Of a DNA stretch of 64,000 bases, positions 47,383 to 58,306 are shown in pieces. The notes under the pieces are model-generated. The model did not search any database and was not told where the DNA came from. It saw nothing but the letters and a program-made list of their open reading frames with translations. Within the stretch, counting starts at the first letter, position 1. Every line of letters starts with the position of its first letter. The position numbers were made by a program, and so were the translations under genes. The stretch covers positions 32,001 through 96,000 of the forward strand of contig JAZDPV010000012.1 of the NCBI GenBank assembly GCA_043797265.1, written 5' to 3'. Source of the stretch: an archaeon. GTDB lineage: Archaea; Nanobdellota; Nanobdellia; Pacearchaeales; GW2011-AR1.

Positions 47383-49525
47383 TAACTCGTCGAAGCAAAT
47401 TCGCATTCGTAACAACCGTTATCGACGACAAGGCCATCGCCAACTCCGCAACAACCGGATTCAAAACCCCAGCCACCGCCAACGGTATCGCAACCACATT
47501 ATAAAAAAACGCCCAAAACAAATTCTGTTTAATCTTCCCAAAAGTCGCATTCGACAAATTAATCGCCTCAACAACTCCCGTCAAATTCCCCTTCGCCAAA
47601 ACAATATCCCCAGATTCAATCGCAATATCCGTCCCCGTCCCAATCGCAATCCCAACATTCGCCTGCTTCAAAGCCGGAGCATCATTTATCCCATCACCAA
47701 CAAAAGCAACCATCCCTCGCCTCTGCAATTCCTCAACCTTCTTCGCTTTATCCTCAGGCATAACTCCAGCAATCACCTCACTAATCCCAACCTGCCGAGC
47801 AATCGCCCGAGCAGTAATCTCATTATCCCCAGTAATCATAACAGTCCTAAACCCTCCATCATTCAACCGAGCAATCGCCTCCCGAGAATCCTCCTTAATC
47901 GCATCAGCAACACCAATCACTCCCAACACTTTTTTAGTTTCAACAACAACCATCACACTCTCACCATTCTCAGCAAAACCCTTAACAACCTTAGCATAAC
48001 TCCCAAGCACAATCTTCCTATCCTTCATCAAAGCCTCATTCCCAACAATATACTTCTTCCCCCCAATGGTCCCCTCAAGCCCCTTCCCCCGAATAATCTT
48101 AAACTTACTTACAGCCCGATACTTCTTAAGCCCCGCCCGTTTAACAATCGCCTTAGCCAATGGATGCTCCGATAACTTCTCCAAACTCCCAGCAATCTCA
48201 AACAACTTCTTTTCATCCTTCGCAAAAACCTCAACAACCTCCGGCTCGCCCTTAGTAATCGTCCCAGTCTTATCAAAAACAACAATCTTAACTTCCTTCA
48301 TCGTCTGAATCGCCTCGCCCTTCCTAATCAAAATCCCCCGCTTAGCTCCCATCCCAGAACCAACCATCAAAGAAATCGGAACAGCCAGGCCCAAAGAACA
48401 CGGACACGCAATAACCAGAACCGCAATCCCAACCCCAATCGCCCGACCAATCTCAGCACCGACGACAAAATACCAAGTCAAAAAAGTAAACAAACTAAGC
48501 ACCAAAATAATCGGAACAAAAATCCCCGTCACACTATCCGCCAACTTCTGAATCGGAACCTTCGTCCCTTGCGCCTCCTCAACCAACTTAATAATATGCG
48601 CCAAGAAAGTATCCTTCCCAACCTTCGAAGCTTTCACATGCAAAATTCCATCCTGATTCAAAGTAGCTCCAATAACCAAATCTTCAACTCCTTTCTCGAC
48701 AGGCAAACTCTCCCCGCTAATCATCGACTCATCAACAGCACTCGCACCCTTAACAACAACCCCATCCGTCGGAATCTTCTCACCAGGCTTAATAATCATA
48801 ACGTCCCCAATCTTAACTTCAGCAATATCAATCTCAATCTCTTTACCTCCTCGCAAAACCCTCGCCTTCTTCGCACCAAGCTCCAACAACTTCTTAATCT
48901 CCGACGTCGCTCGCCCCTTAGCCTTCGCCTCGATAAACTTCCCCGTAATAAAAATTGTCATAATCATTCCAGACACACCAGCAAAACTCGTCACATCAAT
49001 CCAAAAACTAAGAATCCCTGTCAAATAAGCAACAACCGTCCCAAGACCAATCAAAGAATCCATCGTAAATTGCAACTTCCAAAAACTCCTTGCTCCAGAC
49101 TTTATCGTATGAAAACCAAAAATAAAAATAATTGGAAAACTCAAAATTAACATCCAAGGTGTCATCCATTTCATCGGAACAAGAGCAACGCCAAACAAAG
49201 GTTCAAAATACATAATCGCTATAATAAAAATAGTCAAAAACCAAGTCCCAACCAACTTAACCTTCCAACTAGAAAGCTCATCCTTCTTAGAATCCAAAAC
49301 CCCAGAATCCCGAATACCGGAATTCCGAAGCTTAAACCCCGCATCCTTCACAGCCTTTCCAATCTGCTCAGCAGAAACACCGTCGCCAACTTCAGCAAAA
49401 GCCTTCCCACTAACCGGATTAACACTAACATTCCGAGCACCAATTTTCTCAAGCTCCGCCGTCATTATCTTCGAACACGAAGCACAATGCATTCCTTCAA
49501 TGTCTAACTTTATTTTTTTTGCCAT
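47375..49525 (-). CDS. copA: Copper-translocating P1B-type ATPase
   Basis: [44 protein letters not shown]. Confidence 0.93.
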   Translation of the reverse strand: MAKKIKLDIEGMHCASCSKIMTAELEKIGARNVSVNPVSGKAFAEVGDGVSAEQIGKAVKDAGFKLRNSGIRDSGVLDSKKDELSSWKVKLVGTWFLTIFIIAIMYFEPLFGVALVPMKWMTPWMLILSFPIIFIFGFHTIKSGARSFWKLQFTMDSLIGLGTVVAYLTGILSFWIDVTSFAGVSGMIMTIFITGKFIEAKAKGRATSEIKKLLELGAKKARVLRGGKEIEIDIAEVKIGDVMIIKPGEKIPTDGVVVKGASAVDESMISGESLPVEKGVEDLVIGATLNQDGILHVKASKVGKDTFLAHIIKLVEEAQGTKVPIQKLADSVTGIFVPIILVLSLFTFLTWYFVVGAEIGRAIGVGIAVLVIACPCSLGLAVPISLMVGSGMGAKRGILIRKGEAIQTMKEVKIVVFDKTGTITKGEPEVVEVFAKDEKKLFEIAGSLEKLSEHPLAKAIVKRAGLKKYRAVSKFKIIRGKGLEGTIGGKKYIVGNEALMKDRKIVLGSYAKVVKGFAENGESVMVVVETKKVLGVIGVADAIKEDSREAIARLNDGGFRTVMITGDNEITARAIARQVGISEVIAGVMPEDKAKKVEELQRRGMVAFVGDGINDAPALKQANVGIAIGTGTDIAIESGDIVLAKGNLTGVVEAINLSNATFGKIKQNLFWAFFYNVVAIPLAVAGVLNPVVAELAMALSSITVVTNANLLRRVKI

Positions 49526-49581
49526 TTATTTTTCCTCCAATTTATTTATGGTACTCTTCGAGCTTTTTATTTTTCTCCAAT

Positions 49582-49788
49582 TTATTTTTTTTGTATTTGT
49601 TTAATTAACAAAACTATAATCAATACCAAGATAACCACAACTAACAAACCAATTATCCAACCATAGAACATCCCGCCAAAGCCATAATTACCAGACATCA
49701 TCCCATACATACCATAATCATCGGCATCAGCCGAAACCAAAGTAAATAAGGAAACCAATACAAAAAAGCTAGACATTATTTTTTTCAT
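49582..49788 (-). CDS. Small membrane protein (Met/Gly-rich, copper cluster)
   Basis: Signal peptide, YGMYGMMSG, one TM. Confidence 0.6.
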   Translation of the reverse strand: MKKIMSSFFVLVSLFTLVSADADDYGMYGMMSGNYGFGGMFYGWIIGLLVVVILVLIIVLLIKQIQKK

Positions 49789-49864
49789 CTTATTTTTCTC
49801 CAGATTTAGTTAGTTAATTATAGTGAACAAAAGATATATATCTTCCGCCCCCTAAAATCGATAC

Positions 49865-50026
49865 CTATCTCACCACCCTCCTATTAATAGTATTAAATTT
49901 TCTCATACAAAGTCTACAACAAAACTCCTCGAGATTATCCGTTAGCATCCCACACATCCGACACCCTCCACCAACTCCAGAAAAAACTTCCTTCTTACAA
50001 ACCGGACAACTCATAACATCTCCCAT
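49865..50026 (-). CDS. Small Cys-rich metal-binding protein
   Basis: CPVC...CRMC...CCRLC; starts just after the stop of 50028-51467. Confidence 0.55.
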   Translation of the reverse strand: MGDVMSCPVCKKEVFSGVGGGCRMCGMLTDNLEEFCCRLCMRKFNTINRRVVR

Positions 50027-50027
50027 T

Positions 50028-51467
50028 TTATCCTCCACACCCACAGCCACCAGCGCCACAAGTTCCACCAGCGTCGGAAATAACCTCGGCCTCTTTAATC
50101 TGACTCGCCGAAGCAACTCCATCATCAGTCACAATAAACGTCCCCGGAATCATTCCCATCCAACAACTCCATCGAACCGTCCCAACCTTATCCGGCACAA
50201 ACTCCACAACATTCATCCCCTTCTTCAACTTAGCATCCAAACCATAGTCCCGAACAATTATCTCATTATTACAACCCGTCAATTCCTTAACATCAATCTC
50301 CCACCGAACCGGCACGCCCTTCTTCAAACTAAAACTATCCGGCGTCCAACCATATCTCGTAACTTCCATTTTAATTACCTGAACATCTCCATCATAAACA
50401 ACTCCAGATAAACTAGCAATAGAATTACCACTAGCTCCCATAACGCTAGCAGTAATCGCCTCAAATGAGTAATCACTCCCCAAAACAACCAACCCTCTAT
50501 TCAGCATAACCAAACCAAGAATCAAAACAAGAACCGCCGCAATTTTCAAAATTTTCTTCGTCGCATTTTTGCTAATCACCGACGTCAAACTGCCAAATCC
50601 AATCAGTACAGGCAACGTCCCAAGACTAAAAGCTCCCAAAGAAAAAAACCCAGTCCAAAAACTCCCAGTCCCAGCCGCATACAAATACAAAGCCTGCAAC
50701 GGACCACAAGCAATAAACAAACCACCAAGTATACCTGTCATAAACGGCGCCTTGTAATAACCCTTCGAATCATGCGTCGTCTTTGCTGCCCACCTCGTCA
50801 AAAATTTCGGATTAAAAGAAAATCTCCTAAAAAAACCAACGCCTAACATACTCAACGCATAAAATATCATGAACACCCCAGCAAAAATCGCAATCCCCGC
50901 ACGAAGCCCAACACTAAAAGAAAACACCCCACCAATCAAACCAAAAATCCCGCCAATCACAGCATAAGAAATTGTCTTTGCTCCACCATAAACAAAATGC
51001 TGTTTGAATCCTTTATGCCCACGACTCGCATTACTAGTAGTATACCCGACGACAAACGCCCCACACATCGAAACGCAATGAAACCCTGTCAATAACCCAA
51101 CAAAAAATAATATAATAATCCCAGAACTCTCGCCCACCGCCGGAATCGAAAAACCCGAAGACGAAACCCATCCATAAACAAAATAAGCAAAAACCAATAG
51201 AACCCCAATCATAAACCAAAACCCAATCCTGTCTCCAGTATTCCCACTCTTACTCTCTTCCTTTAATCCACCAACCCCAAACTCACCACCCTCCTCAATT
51301 AATTTAACAATCTCTTTCTCAGAAATTTTATCCTCATCAAACTCAACCTCAACCTCTCCCATAGAAAAACTAGCATCAACTTTTATAACCCGCCCCTTCA
51401 ATTTCATCTCAATAAGATTTGCACATGAATTGCAAGTCATCCCATCAACTCTAAAAACTTTTTTCAT
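50028..51467 (-). CDS. HMA + DsbD_2/TauE-like membrane + cupredoxin-like protein
   Basis: GMTCNSC, GFHCVSMCG, IACGPLQ, C-terminal GCNN..WSCWMGM. Confidence 0.85.
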   Translation of the reverse strand: MKKVFRVDGMTCNSCANLIEMKLKGRVIKVDASFSMGEVEVEFDEDKISEKEIVKLIEEGGEFGVGGLKEESKSGNTGDRIGFWFMIGVLLVFAYFVYGWVSSSGFSIPAVGESSGIIILFFVGLLTGFHCVSMCGAFVVGYTTSNASRGHKGFKQHFVYGGAKTISYAVIGGIFGLIGGVFSFSVGLRAGIAIFAGVFMIFYALSMLGVGFFRRFSFNPKFLTRWAAKTTHDSKGYYKAPFMTGILGGLFIACGPLQALYLYAAGTGSFWTGFFSLGAFSLGTLPVLIGFGSLTSVISKNATKKILKIAAVLVLILGLVMLNRGLVVLGSDYSFEAITASVMGASGNSIASLSGVVYDGDVQVIKMEVTRYGWTPDSFSLKKGVPVRWEIDVKELTGCNNEIIVRDYGLDAKLKKGMNVVEFVPDKVGTVRWSCWMGMIPGTFIVTDDGVASASQIKEAEVISDAGGTCGAGGCGCGG

Positions 51468-51519
51468 AAAGATTTCAAAATAACTTTTTATTTAACCGCT
51501 TCGCTGAAACTAGTTTCAA

Positions 51520-51999
51520 TCACTTCACTAAAACAATAATATTATTCATCCCTCGACGCTTCCTCTCAACAATTCCCTTCGACTCCAACCTATCCATCAT
51601 CCTCGTAATCTTAACCTTCCCAACGCCCAACTCTTCCATTAAACTCTTTTGAAAAACCGCGCCATTCTCCCTCTCTAAAATCCCAACAACCTCTCGCTCA
51701 CTCTTATCTAACCCAGACAAATCAATCTTTTTCTTCCGAACCCTCTCTTTGATTTTCTTTACGATAATCTTCTCATTCTCCCTCGCAAAAATAAAAAACA
51801 ATCCTATCAGCAAAACCAAGCCCGCGACCGCCAAACTCAAATTCGTCTGCAATGAAATCGTATCATACATTTCACAATCACTCCCATGATTACAGGTCTG
51901 CCCAACAATCTTATTCAACCCAGAATTGAACAACAAGATTATAACAACTATCAAAACCGCAACTCCTACAATCAAGAATCCAACATTTCTATTTTTCAT
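51520..51999 (-). CDS. Membrane-anchored wHTH (MarR-like) regulator
   Basis: Two TMs with CxxxxxC loop; FQKSL..KVKITRMMDRLESKGIVERKRRGMNN. Confidence 0.75.
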   Translation of the reverse strand: MKNRNVGFLIVGVAVLIVVIILLFNSGLNKIVGQTCNHGSDCEMYDTISLQTNLSLAVAGLVLLIGLFFIFARENEKIIVKKIKERVRKKKIDLSGLDKSEREVVGILERENGAVFQKSLMEELGVGKVKITRMMDRLESKGIVERKRRGMNNIIVLVK

Positions 52000-52061
52000 A
52001 AATCTATAACCGTTCCCTTCTATATAAAACTTTATAAGTAATTCCAAATTTACAAATACAC

Positions 52062-52145
52062 GTGGGGGTGCCGGAGTGGCCAAACGGGCAGGACTTAAGA
52101 TCCTGTGGCTTATGCCTTTCGGGGGTTCGAATCCTCCCCCCCACA
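52062..52145 (+). tRNA. tRNA-Leu(TAA)
   Basis: GTGGGGG/CCCCCAC acceptor, CAGGA-CTTAAGA-TCCTG, long variable arm, GGTTCGAATCC. Confidence 0.92.
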
Positions 52146-52436
52146 TATGATTTGGCAAGATATTATCCTAACATTAGCAAACCTCATCTTTGGCTACGCC
52201 CTCATCCCTCAAGTATACCACGGCTTCAAGTACAAAAAACCACGATAACCATCCAGACATCGCTCCTCACAACAATCGGGCTTTTCGCATCTTCCGTCGC
52301 ATTCCTCTCTTTCGATTTAATTTTCTCCGGAATTATCTGCACATTCAACGCGACAATGTGGGCACTCCTCCTAATCCAAAAACTTATCTATCATTAATCC
52401 CAAACTTTAAAAGCCGGATTCTTCTAACGAAAACAT

Positions 52437-52512
52437 AGCGGGGTAGAGCAGCCTGGTCAGCTCGCGAGGCCCATAACCTCGAGGTCACGTGGTTCAAATC
52501 CCGTCCCCGCTA
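52437..52512 (+). tRNA. tRNA-Met(CAT), probably initiator (A1:U72)
   Basis: AGCGGGG/CCCCGCT acceptor, CGAGG-CCCATAA-CCTCG, GGTTCAAATCC. Confidence 0.88.
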
Positions 52513-52726
52513 TTGATTTGAAACACGTGACTCACGTGGCGAGTCGATTCGCTTTGAGCAAAACTAAATCTTAAAAATTTTGCGAAATGCAAATCGCGAG
52601 TAAAATCCCGTCCCCGCTATTGATTTGAAACACGTGACTCACGTGGCGAGTCGATTCGCTTTGAGCAAAACTAAATCTTAAAAATTTTGCGAAATGCAAA
52701 TCGCGAGTAAAATCCCGTCCCCGCTA
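52513..52726 (+). mobile_element. tRNA T-arm-associated element, two identical tandem 107-bp units
   Basis: Units 52513-52619 and 52620-52726, each ending in the tRNA 3' end aaatcccgtccccgcta; core homologous to 47189-47255. Confidence 0.85.
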
Positions 52727-52757
52727 TTCTTATAAACTCCCTCAATTTATTTCTACA

Positions 52758-53411
52758 ATGACACTCCTCCTCGGAATCGACGACGCCGGTCGCGGCCCCG
52801 TTCTCGGCCCAATGATTTTAGCCGGTATACTGATAAAACCCGAAGACGAAAAAATAATAAAATCGTGGGGCGCAAAAGACTCGAAACTCCTCACGCCAAC
52901 AATAAGAAACAAAATAAAAAACCAACTAATCGAAAAATTCCAATACCACACCGAGCTCTCAACCCCAACCGAAATCGACAACTCAACAAATCTAAACTAC
53001 CTCGAAGCAATCAAGTCCGCAAAAATAATAAACACGCTAACCAAAAACCTAAACGAAAAAGTAAAAATAATAATCGACTGCCCCTCGACAAACATAAAAT
53101 CATGGACAACTGACGTTCAAAAATTAATCGACAATCCTAAACTAATCCACCTAATCTGCGAACACAAAGCCGACCTAAACCATCCAGTTGTCTCCGCAGC
53201 GTCGATAATCGCAAAAGAAAAACGCGAAGACGAAATCCAAAAACTAAAACTCCAACTAAAAACCGACTTCGGCTCAGGCTACCCCGCCGACCCCAAAACA
53301 AAAAAATTCATCGCCGAAAATTTCAACAACCCAAAATACAAAAACCTAATTCGATTCTCATGGAAAACCGTCAAAAAACTCACACAAGAAAAACAACAAA
53401 AACTATTCTAA
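52758..53411 (+). CDS. rnhB: Ribonuclease HII
   Basis: GIDDAGRGPVLGPM, KDSKLL, EHKAD..VVSAASIIAK, DFGSGYPADP. Confidence 0.95.
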   Translation: MTLLLGIDDAGRGPVLGPMILAGILIKPEDEKIIKSWGAKDSKLLTPTIRNKIKNQLIEKFQYHTELSTPTEIDNSTNLNYLEAIKSAKIINTLTKNLNEKVKIIIDCPSTNIKSWTTDVQKLIDNPKLIHLICEHKADLNHPVVSAASIIAKEKREDEIQKLKLQLKTDFGSGYPADPKTKKFIAENFNNPKYKNLIRFSWKTVKKLTQEKQQKLF

Positions 53412-53942
53412 CTACAACCCCTGCCCGCCCTCATGCTTAGAACCAATCTTCTTCATCAAAAAATCCCTAATTTTCTCAGCCTTCTCAATCGACACAGCAG
53501 GAATAGACCCCTCTGCCCCAGCCCCTCGCCCTCTCGAGCTATACGAAAACCCAGCCGTCTGAATTGCAACCGTCGAAAACCCACACATCCTCGCTATAAC
53601 CCCTCGATGGATATCAACATTCTGTACTCTCTCATAAGGAACATTCGAATACTTCTTCCAAATTATCCCCCTCTCTATCTTTAAGTTCGTCGAAGTAAAC
53701 TCATAAAACCACCTATCATAAGCCATCCTCGCATAAATTTCCGCAAAAATAATTATCAAAATAACATAAACGACAAAACCAATAAGAACAACCGACAAGA
53801 CCGCATCAGAACCAAACATCAACACACCGAGAAATCCAATAATCGGAAACAAAATCCAGCCCAAAAACATCATCAAAAAAAACGCTCCAAAATACCCACC
53901 AATTCTAAACAACCACTTCGCTCCAGGATGCAACTTTTCCAT
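53412..53942 (-). CDS. Membrane protein with bacterial PH (bPH_2/YdbS) domain
   Basis: Two TMs; IERGIIWKKYSNVPYERVQNVDI..GFSTVAIQTAG. Confidence 0.85.
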   Translation of the reverse strand: MEKLHPGAKWLFRIGGYFGAFFLMMFLGWILFPIIGFLGVLMFGSDAVLSVVLIGFVVYVILIIIFAEIYARMAYDRWFYEFTSTNLKIERGIIWKKYSNVPYERVQNVDIHRGVIARMCGFSTVAIQTAGFSYSSRGRGAGAEGSIPAVSIEKAEKIRDFLMKKIGSKHEGGQGL

Positions 53943-54005
53943 AAAACTAAATAACTTTCAAACTTAAAAACCTTTCTAACCCCAACAATCTTAAAAACCC
54001 CTCTC

Positions 54006-54038
54006 CCTAAAACCTAATACCTAAAACCTAATACCTAG
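54006..54038 (+). repeat. Heptamer tandem repeat CCTAA(A/T)A directly before smc
   Basis: cctaaaa cctaata cctaaaa cctaata cctag. Confidence 0.85.
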
Positions 54039-54041
54039 ATA

Positions 54042-56906
54042 ATGACCTACATAAAAAAGATAGTGATGCACGGATTTAAATCCTTCGCGCGAAAAACCGA
54101 AATCCCATTCGAGAACGCAATGAACGTCATCGTCGGACCAAACGGCTCCGGAAAATCCAACATCACCGACGCACTCTGCTTCGTCCTCGGTCGACTCTCA
54201 ATCAAATCAATCCGAGCAACAAAAGCCGCAAACCTGCTCTTCTCCGGAAACAAAATATACAAAGGCTCGAACGAAGCAATAGTAGAACTCATCTTCGACA
54301 ACTCCGACAAAACATTCGGCATCGACACGAACGAAATCACAATCAAAAGAATCGTCCGAAAAGCCGGCCAATCAATTTACAAAATAAACAACGAAACAAA
54401 AACCCGTCAAGAAATTCTTGAACTAATGGCACAAGCCGGCGTCGACCCAAACGGTTTCAACATCGTTCTCCAGGGCGAAATCCAATCCCTCGTAAAATCA
54501 ACACCAGAAGACCGACGAAAAATAATCGAGGAAGTCGCCGGCATTTCAATCTACGAAACCCGAAAACAAAAATCCCTGAGAGAACTCGAAAAAACCGAAG
54601 AAAAACTAAAAGAAGTCTCCGCCGTCCTAAAAGAACGAAGCTCCTACCTGAAAAATCTCGACAAAGAAAGACAAGAAGCAATCTCGCACCAAAAACTCGA
54701 AACAACAATAAAAAAATGCAAAGCAACCCTCCTCTCAAAAATAGAAAAAGAAAAAGAAAAAGAAATCTCGATAATCAACAAAACAATCGTAGACTACGAC
54801 ATAGAAATAGAAAAACTCAAAAAAATAATCAACGAAAAAAACATTCAAATTAACAAACTCCAAGACAAAATCCTCATCATCAACAAGCAAATCCAATCCT
54901 CGACGAGCAACGAACAAGAAGTTCTCCATCGGGAAATCTCCGACATAAAAGCCAACCTCGCAGGACTCGGCGTCAGATACGAAAATTTCAACAATAGAAC
55001 CACGCAAGGAAAAGAAAAAATAGAAAACTTCAAAAACAAAATAGAAAACTTAAACCTTGAAATTTCAAAAATCAGAACATCCTCGCCAGAAATAAAAAAA
55101 CAGCAAGAACAAAATAAAATTCTACAAGAAAGACTAGATAAGCTCGAGCAAGAAAGAAGAAAATTCTATGTCCTAAAATCCGACTTATCGACGACAGAAA
55201 ACCAAAAACAACAAAAAGAAAAACTCCTAATCGAATCCTCTAAAGAAATCCAACTAATCGAGCAAACAATCACCTCCCTTTTCTACGAAATAAAATACTC
55301 AAAATCTATCGAGGAAAACGAAAAACTCAAAACCGAAACCAGAAATAAAATAGAAACAACAATGGAACAAATATTAAAATTAGAAAAAGAAATCCTCGAG
55401 AAAGAAAAAAGAAACGCAATTCTAGAAACAACAATCCAAAGAGAAGAAAAACTAAAAGCCGACATCGTCCAACTAAAATTCTGCCCAATTTGCAAACAAA
55501 ACGTCAGCGAAGACCACAAGCACAACATTTCATCGACGGCAAACGCAAAAATAGATTCAACAAAAAAAGAAATCGAAGAAAACCTTCGGACAAAAATCGA
55601 AGGCAACACAAGGGCAACCGACCTCAAGGAAAAATTATCGACGCTGAGAATCAAGTTAAATGAATTAGACATAGACCAGCTAAAACTAAAAAACTCCCAA
55701 GAGAAAAAAGAACAAATAAAAAAAATCACGAAAAACCAAGAAGAAGCAAAAAAAGAACTGGTATACCTAAACGAAAAATTTCATTCGATAAAAACGGAAT
55801 ATGAAAAACTAAAAAATATAGAAGAGAAATACGACGAAACAAAACTAAGCATCCAAGAAATCTCATTCATCGACATGGACATCGACACAGAAATAATAAT
55901 CAAGAAAAAAGAAGTAAACCGACTCTCGATGGAACTCAAATCAACAGAAAGAGATATCGAAGAATCTGAAATCGAAGTGAAAAAAATAGAAATTGTAATA
56001 AAAGAAAAAGAAAAAGAAGCGGTAAAAAAAGAAATCGAAGAACAAAAATTATATGAAAAAGCGCAAAAATTCTTCGACGAAAGAAATGAAACTCAAGACC
56101 AGCAAAAAGCAATCGAAACCGACGTCATCGGAGCACAGCACACGATTAAAAATTTCGAAGACAGAATAAACCAAAATAAAATACAAAGAGCGCAACTCTC
56201 GGCACAAATAGATTCAATAAAAATAGAACTCGCAGAATTCGGACAAATAGAAATCCTCCAGCTACCAACCGACCAAATAAAAGAACGACTTCAAAAAGCC
56301 CAATTCCAAATATCAAGACTCGGCAACGTAAACATGCGAGCACTCGAAGTTTTCGACACCGTCGAAGAACAGGTAAAATTAATCCAGGACAAAATCACAA
56401 CAATCCAATCAGAAGAAGAAAAAATCAAAACCATCATCGCCGAAATCGACAAAAAGAAAAAGAAATCTTTCCTAACAACATTAACCGCCATCAACGAATT
56501 TTTCACAAGAAACTTCACGCAACTCTCGCACAAAGGACAGGTTTTCCTCTAACTCTAAAATAAAAACGCCCCATTCGAAGGCGGACTAAACATCTTAATA
56601 AAAGTCTCGCGAGGAAAATATTTCGACATCGCATCTCTTTCCGGCGGCGAAAAAACCCTAGTCGCCCTCTCGCTAATCTTCGCAATCCAAGAATACCGCC
56701 CATACTGCTTCTACGTTTTCGACGAAATCGACGCCGCCCTCGACAAACACAATTCAGAATTATTAGCCGCCCTCATAAAAAAATATATGACATCCGGCCA
56801 ATACATAATCATCACCCACAACGACACGCTAATCTCCGAGGCCTCAAACCTCTATGGCGTCTCCATGCAAGAAAATATTTCAAAAATAATTTCTCTAAAA
56901 GTATAA
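54042..56906 (+). CDS. smc: SMC-family ATPase (954 codons) interrupted by two in-frame TAA at 56550 and 56556
   Basis: GFKSF, GPNGSGKSN, LQGE; the same frame continues past the stops with LSGGEK, FDEIDAALD, IITH. Confidence 0.88.
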
Positions 56907-56945
56907 GAAAAAAATCCTCAAAAAAACAAAAGAGGAAAATTAAAA

Positions 56946-58178
56946 TTAATAATATGAAGTTTCTACTTCTTCAATTGGTTTTTCCTTCCGTGTAAGAAGA
57001 ACAATCAATACTGCCAAGAGAACAACAAAGATAATCACAAGGACTACCGTCAAAGCAACAACCGAAGTCGAAACACTTTCGCCAACAACGTTCGCGCCAA
57101 AAACAATTTGTTCACCGTTAACACCAACAGAGAAAGTATAAGTTCCAATCTCGGCATCTTCTGCCGCAGTCACGCTAATAGCAACACTCTCGCTTGAACC
57201 AGGGCCAACAGTAATTACTGAAGGAACTGAAACGCTCAAAACATTACCAGAAACAGACTCTATATTGAAAACCTTAACACTGTCCGCGGAATTAACAATA
57301 ACCAAATCATAAGTTACTGTCTCTCCAGCATTCAAATCCTTATTCTTCGCAGCAGCCAAAACCATAGTCGAAGTCGAATCGCCAACACTAATTAACTTAG
57401 TGGCAACAACTTCAGCATCGTCGTTATATGCCTTAATTTCCAACTCATAAACACCACCTTTGGCGTTTTCAGGAACCTTCAAGGGAATAACTATTTCCAT
57501 AGAATCTTCATCGTCGCAATTACTTACAACAACATTATCGTAGCCATCTTCAGACAAGACGCAATCTTCTGTAGGAATCAAATCCCCAACATACCCTCGC
57601 GAAGAAATCGCCAAGGCGGGAATCGAAACCTGAACATAAACATCGTCTAATCTATCGTAACCATTGTTTTTAACAACAACAGAAACCGGAACAACATCGC
57701 CAGCCGAAATTCTCGAAGAATAATCAGCACTCAAAACTTCGATAGTATAAGATTCTCTCTGCATACTAACGGTATACTCCTGCTCTGTTCTTTTATCTTT
57801 AGAAACAATCTCAACATAGAGAGTATATTCCTCGGACAACTTATCAGAATCAGAAGGTAGCTTCAAGCTCAAAAGCTTTGTATAAACATTGCCACTTTCA
57901 ACATCAAATCTGCTAGTCGAAGCGGAAATATCCTCACGATAGCCTTCCATGGAAACTTTGACTTTTACGTCACTCTCGTCGCTCGAAGCCGCAAATGTTA
58001 CTCGCACTGGAACAACATCGCCAACATTACCAACCATGGTAGTTGAAGCTCCCAACCCGACACTGTTAAATTCCACGTCGACGCCAGTCGCAAGACCAGC
58101 CGAAGCGAAACCCACAATCATCAGAGTTACAACTGCAACAAAAGGAATCAAAAGCAAATTTCTTTTCATTTTTTCCAT
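56946..58178 (-). CDS. Cell-surface / S-layer-like protein with Ig-like domains
   Basis: Signal peptide, acidic beta-rich body, C-terminal TM and short tail. Confidence 0.7.
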   Translation of the reverse strand: MEKMKRNLLLIPFVAVVTLMIVGFASAGLATGVDVEFNSVGLGASTTMVGNVGDVVPVRVTFAASSDESDVKVKVSMEGYREDISASTSRFDVESGNVYTKLLSLKLPSDSDKLSEEYTLYVEIVSKDKRTEQEYTVSMQRESYTIEVLSADYSSRISAGDVVPVSVVVKNNGYDRLDDVYVQVSIPALAISSRGYVGDLIPTEDCVLSEDGYDNVVVSNCDDEDSMEIVIPLKVPENAKGGVYELEIKAYNDDAEVVATKLISVGDSTSTMVLAAAKNKDLNAGETVTYDLVIVNSADSVKVFNIESVSGNVLSVSVPSVITVGPGSSESVAISVTAAEDAEIGTYTFSVGVNGEQIVFGANVVGESVSTSVVALTVVLVIIFVVLLAVLIVLLTRKEKPIEEVETSYY

Positions 58179-58306
58179 CCTAATTTAGTTAAACTCTCAA
58201 CAAATAAAAGCTATTTAAACCTTAGCATTGTCGTAATTTCAAAAGGACAAAAAGATTTAAATAGTATACCAACGTATACCAAATATCGTAAATCAGAGTA
58301 ACAAAA

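Noticed and set aside
52146-52436. Coding region between tRNA-Leu and tRNA-Met
   Set aside because: The listed ORFs overlap tRNAs or lack credible starts, and the minus-strand frames are interrupted.
47089-52512. tRNA introns or split/permuted tRNAs
   Set aside because: All three tRNAs fold as complete intron-less cloverleaves. The downstream partial copies lack 5' halves, and I could not identify a bulge-helix-bulge motif.
47162-52726. Integrated island (copper cluster) bounded by tRNA att sites
   Set aside because: The tRNA 3' duplications each close within ~110 bp of their own tRNA; none brackets the copper genes, and no integrase is present.
52496-52728. Possible CRISPR array (repeat aaatcccgtccccgctatt x3)
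   Set aside because: The repeat is the tRNA 3' end, the two 'spacers' are identical and ~88 nt, and there are no cas genes in the window.
56550-56558. Stop-codon reassignment (TAA as Glu/Gln)
   Set aside because: TAA terminates many conserved genes at their expected ends in this window, and only this spot shows internal TAA.
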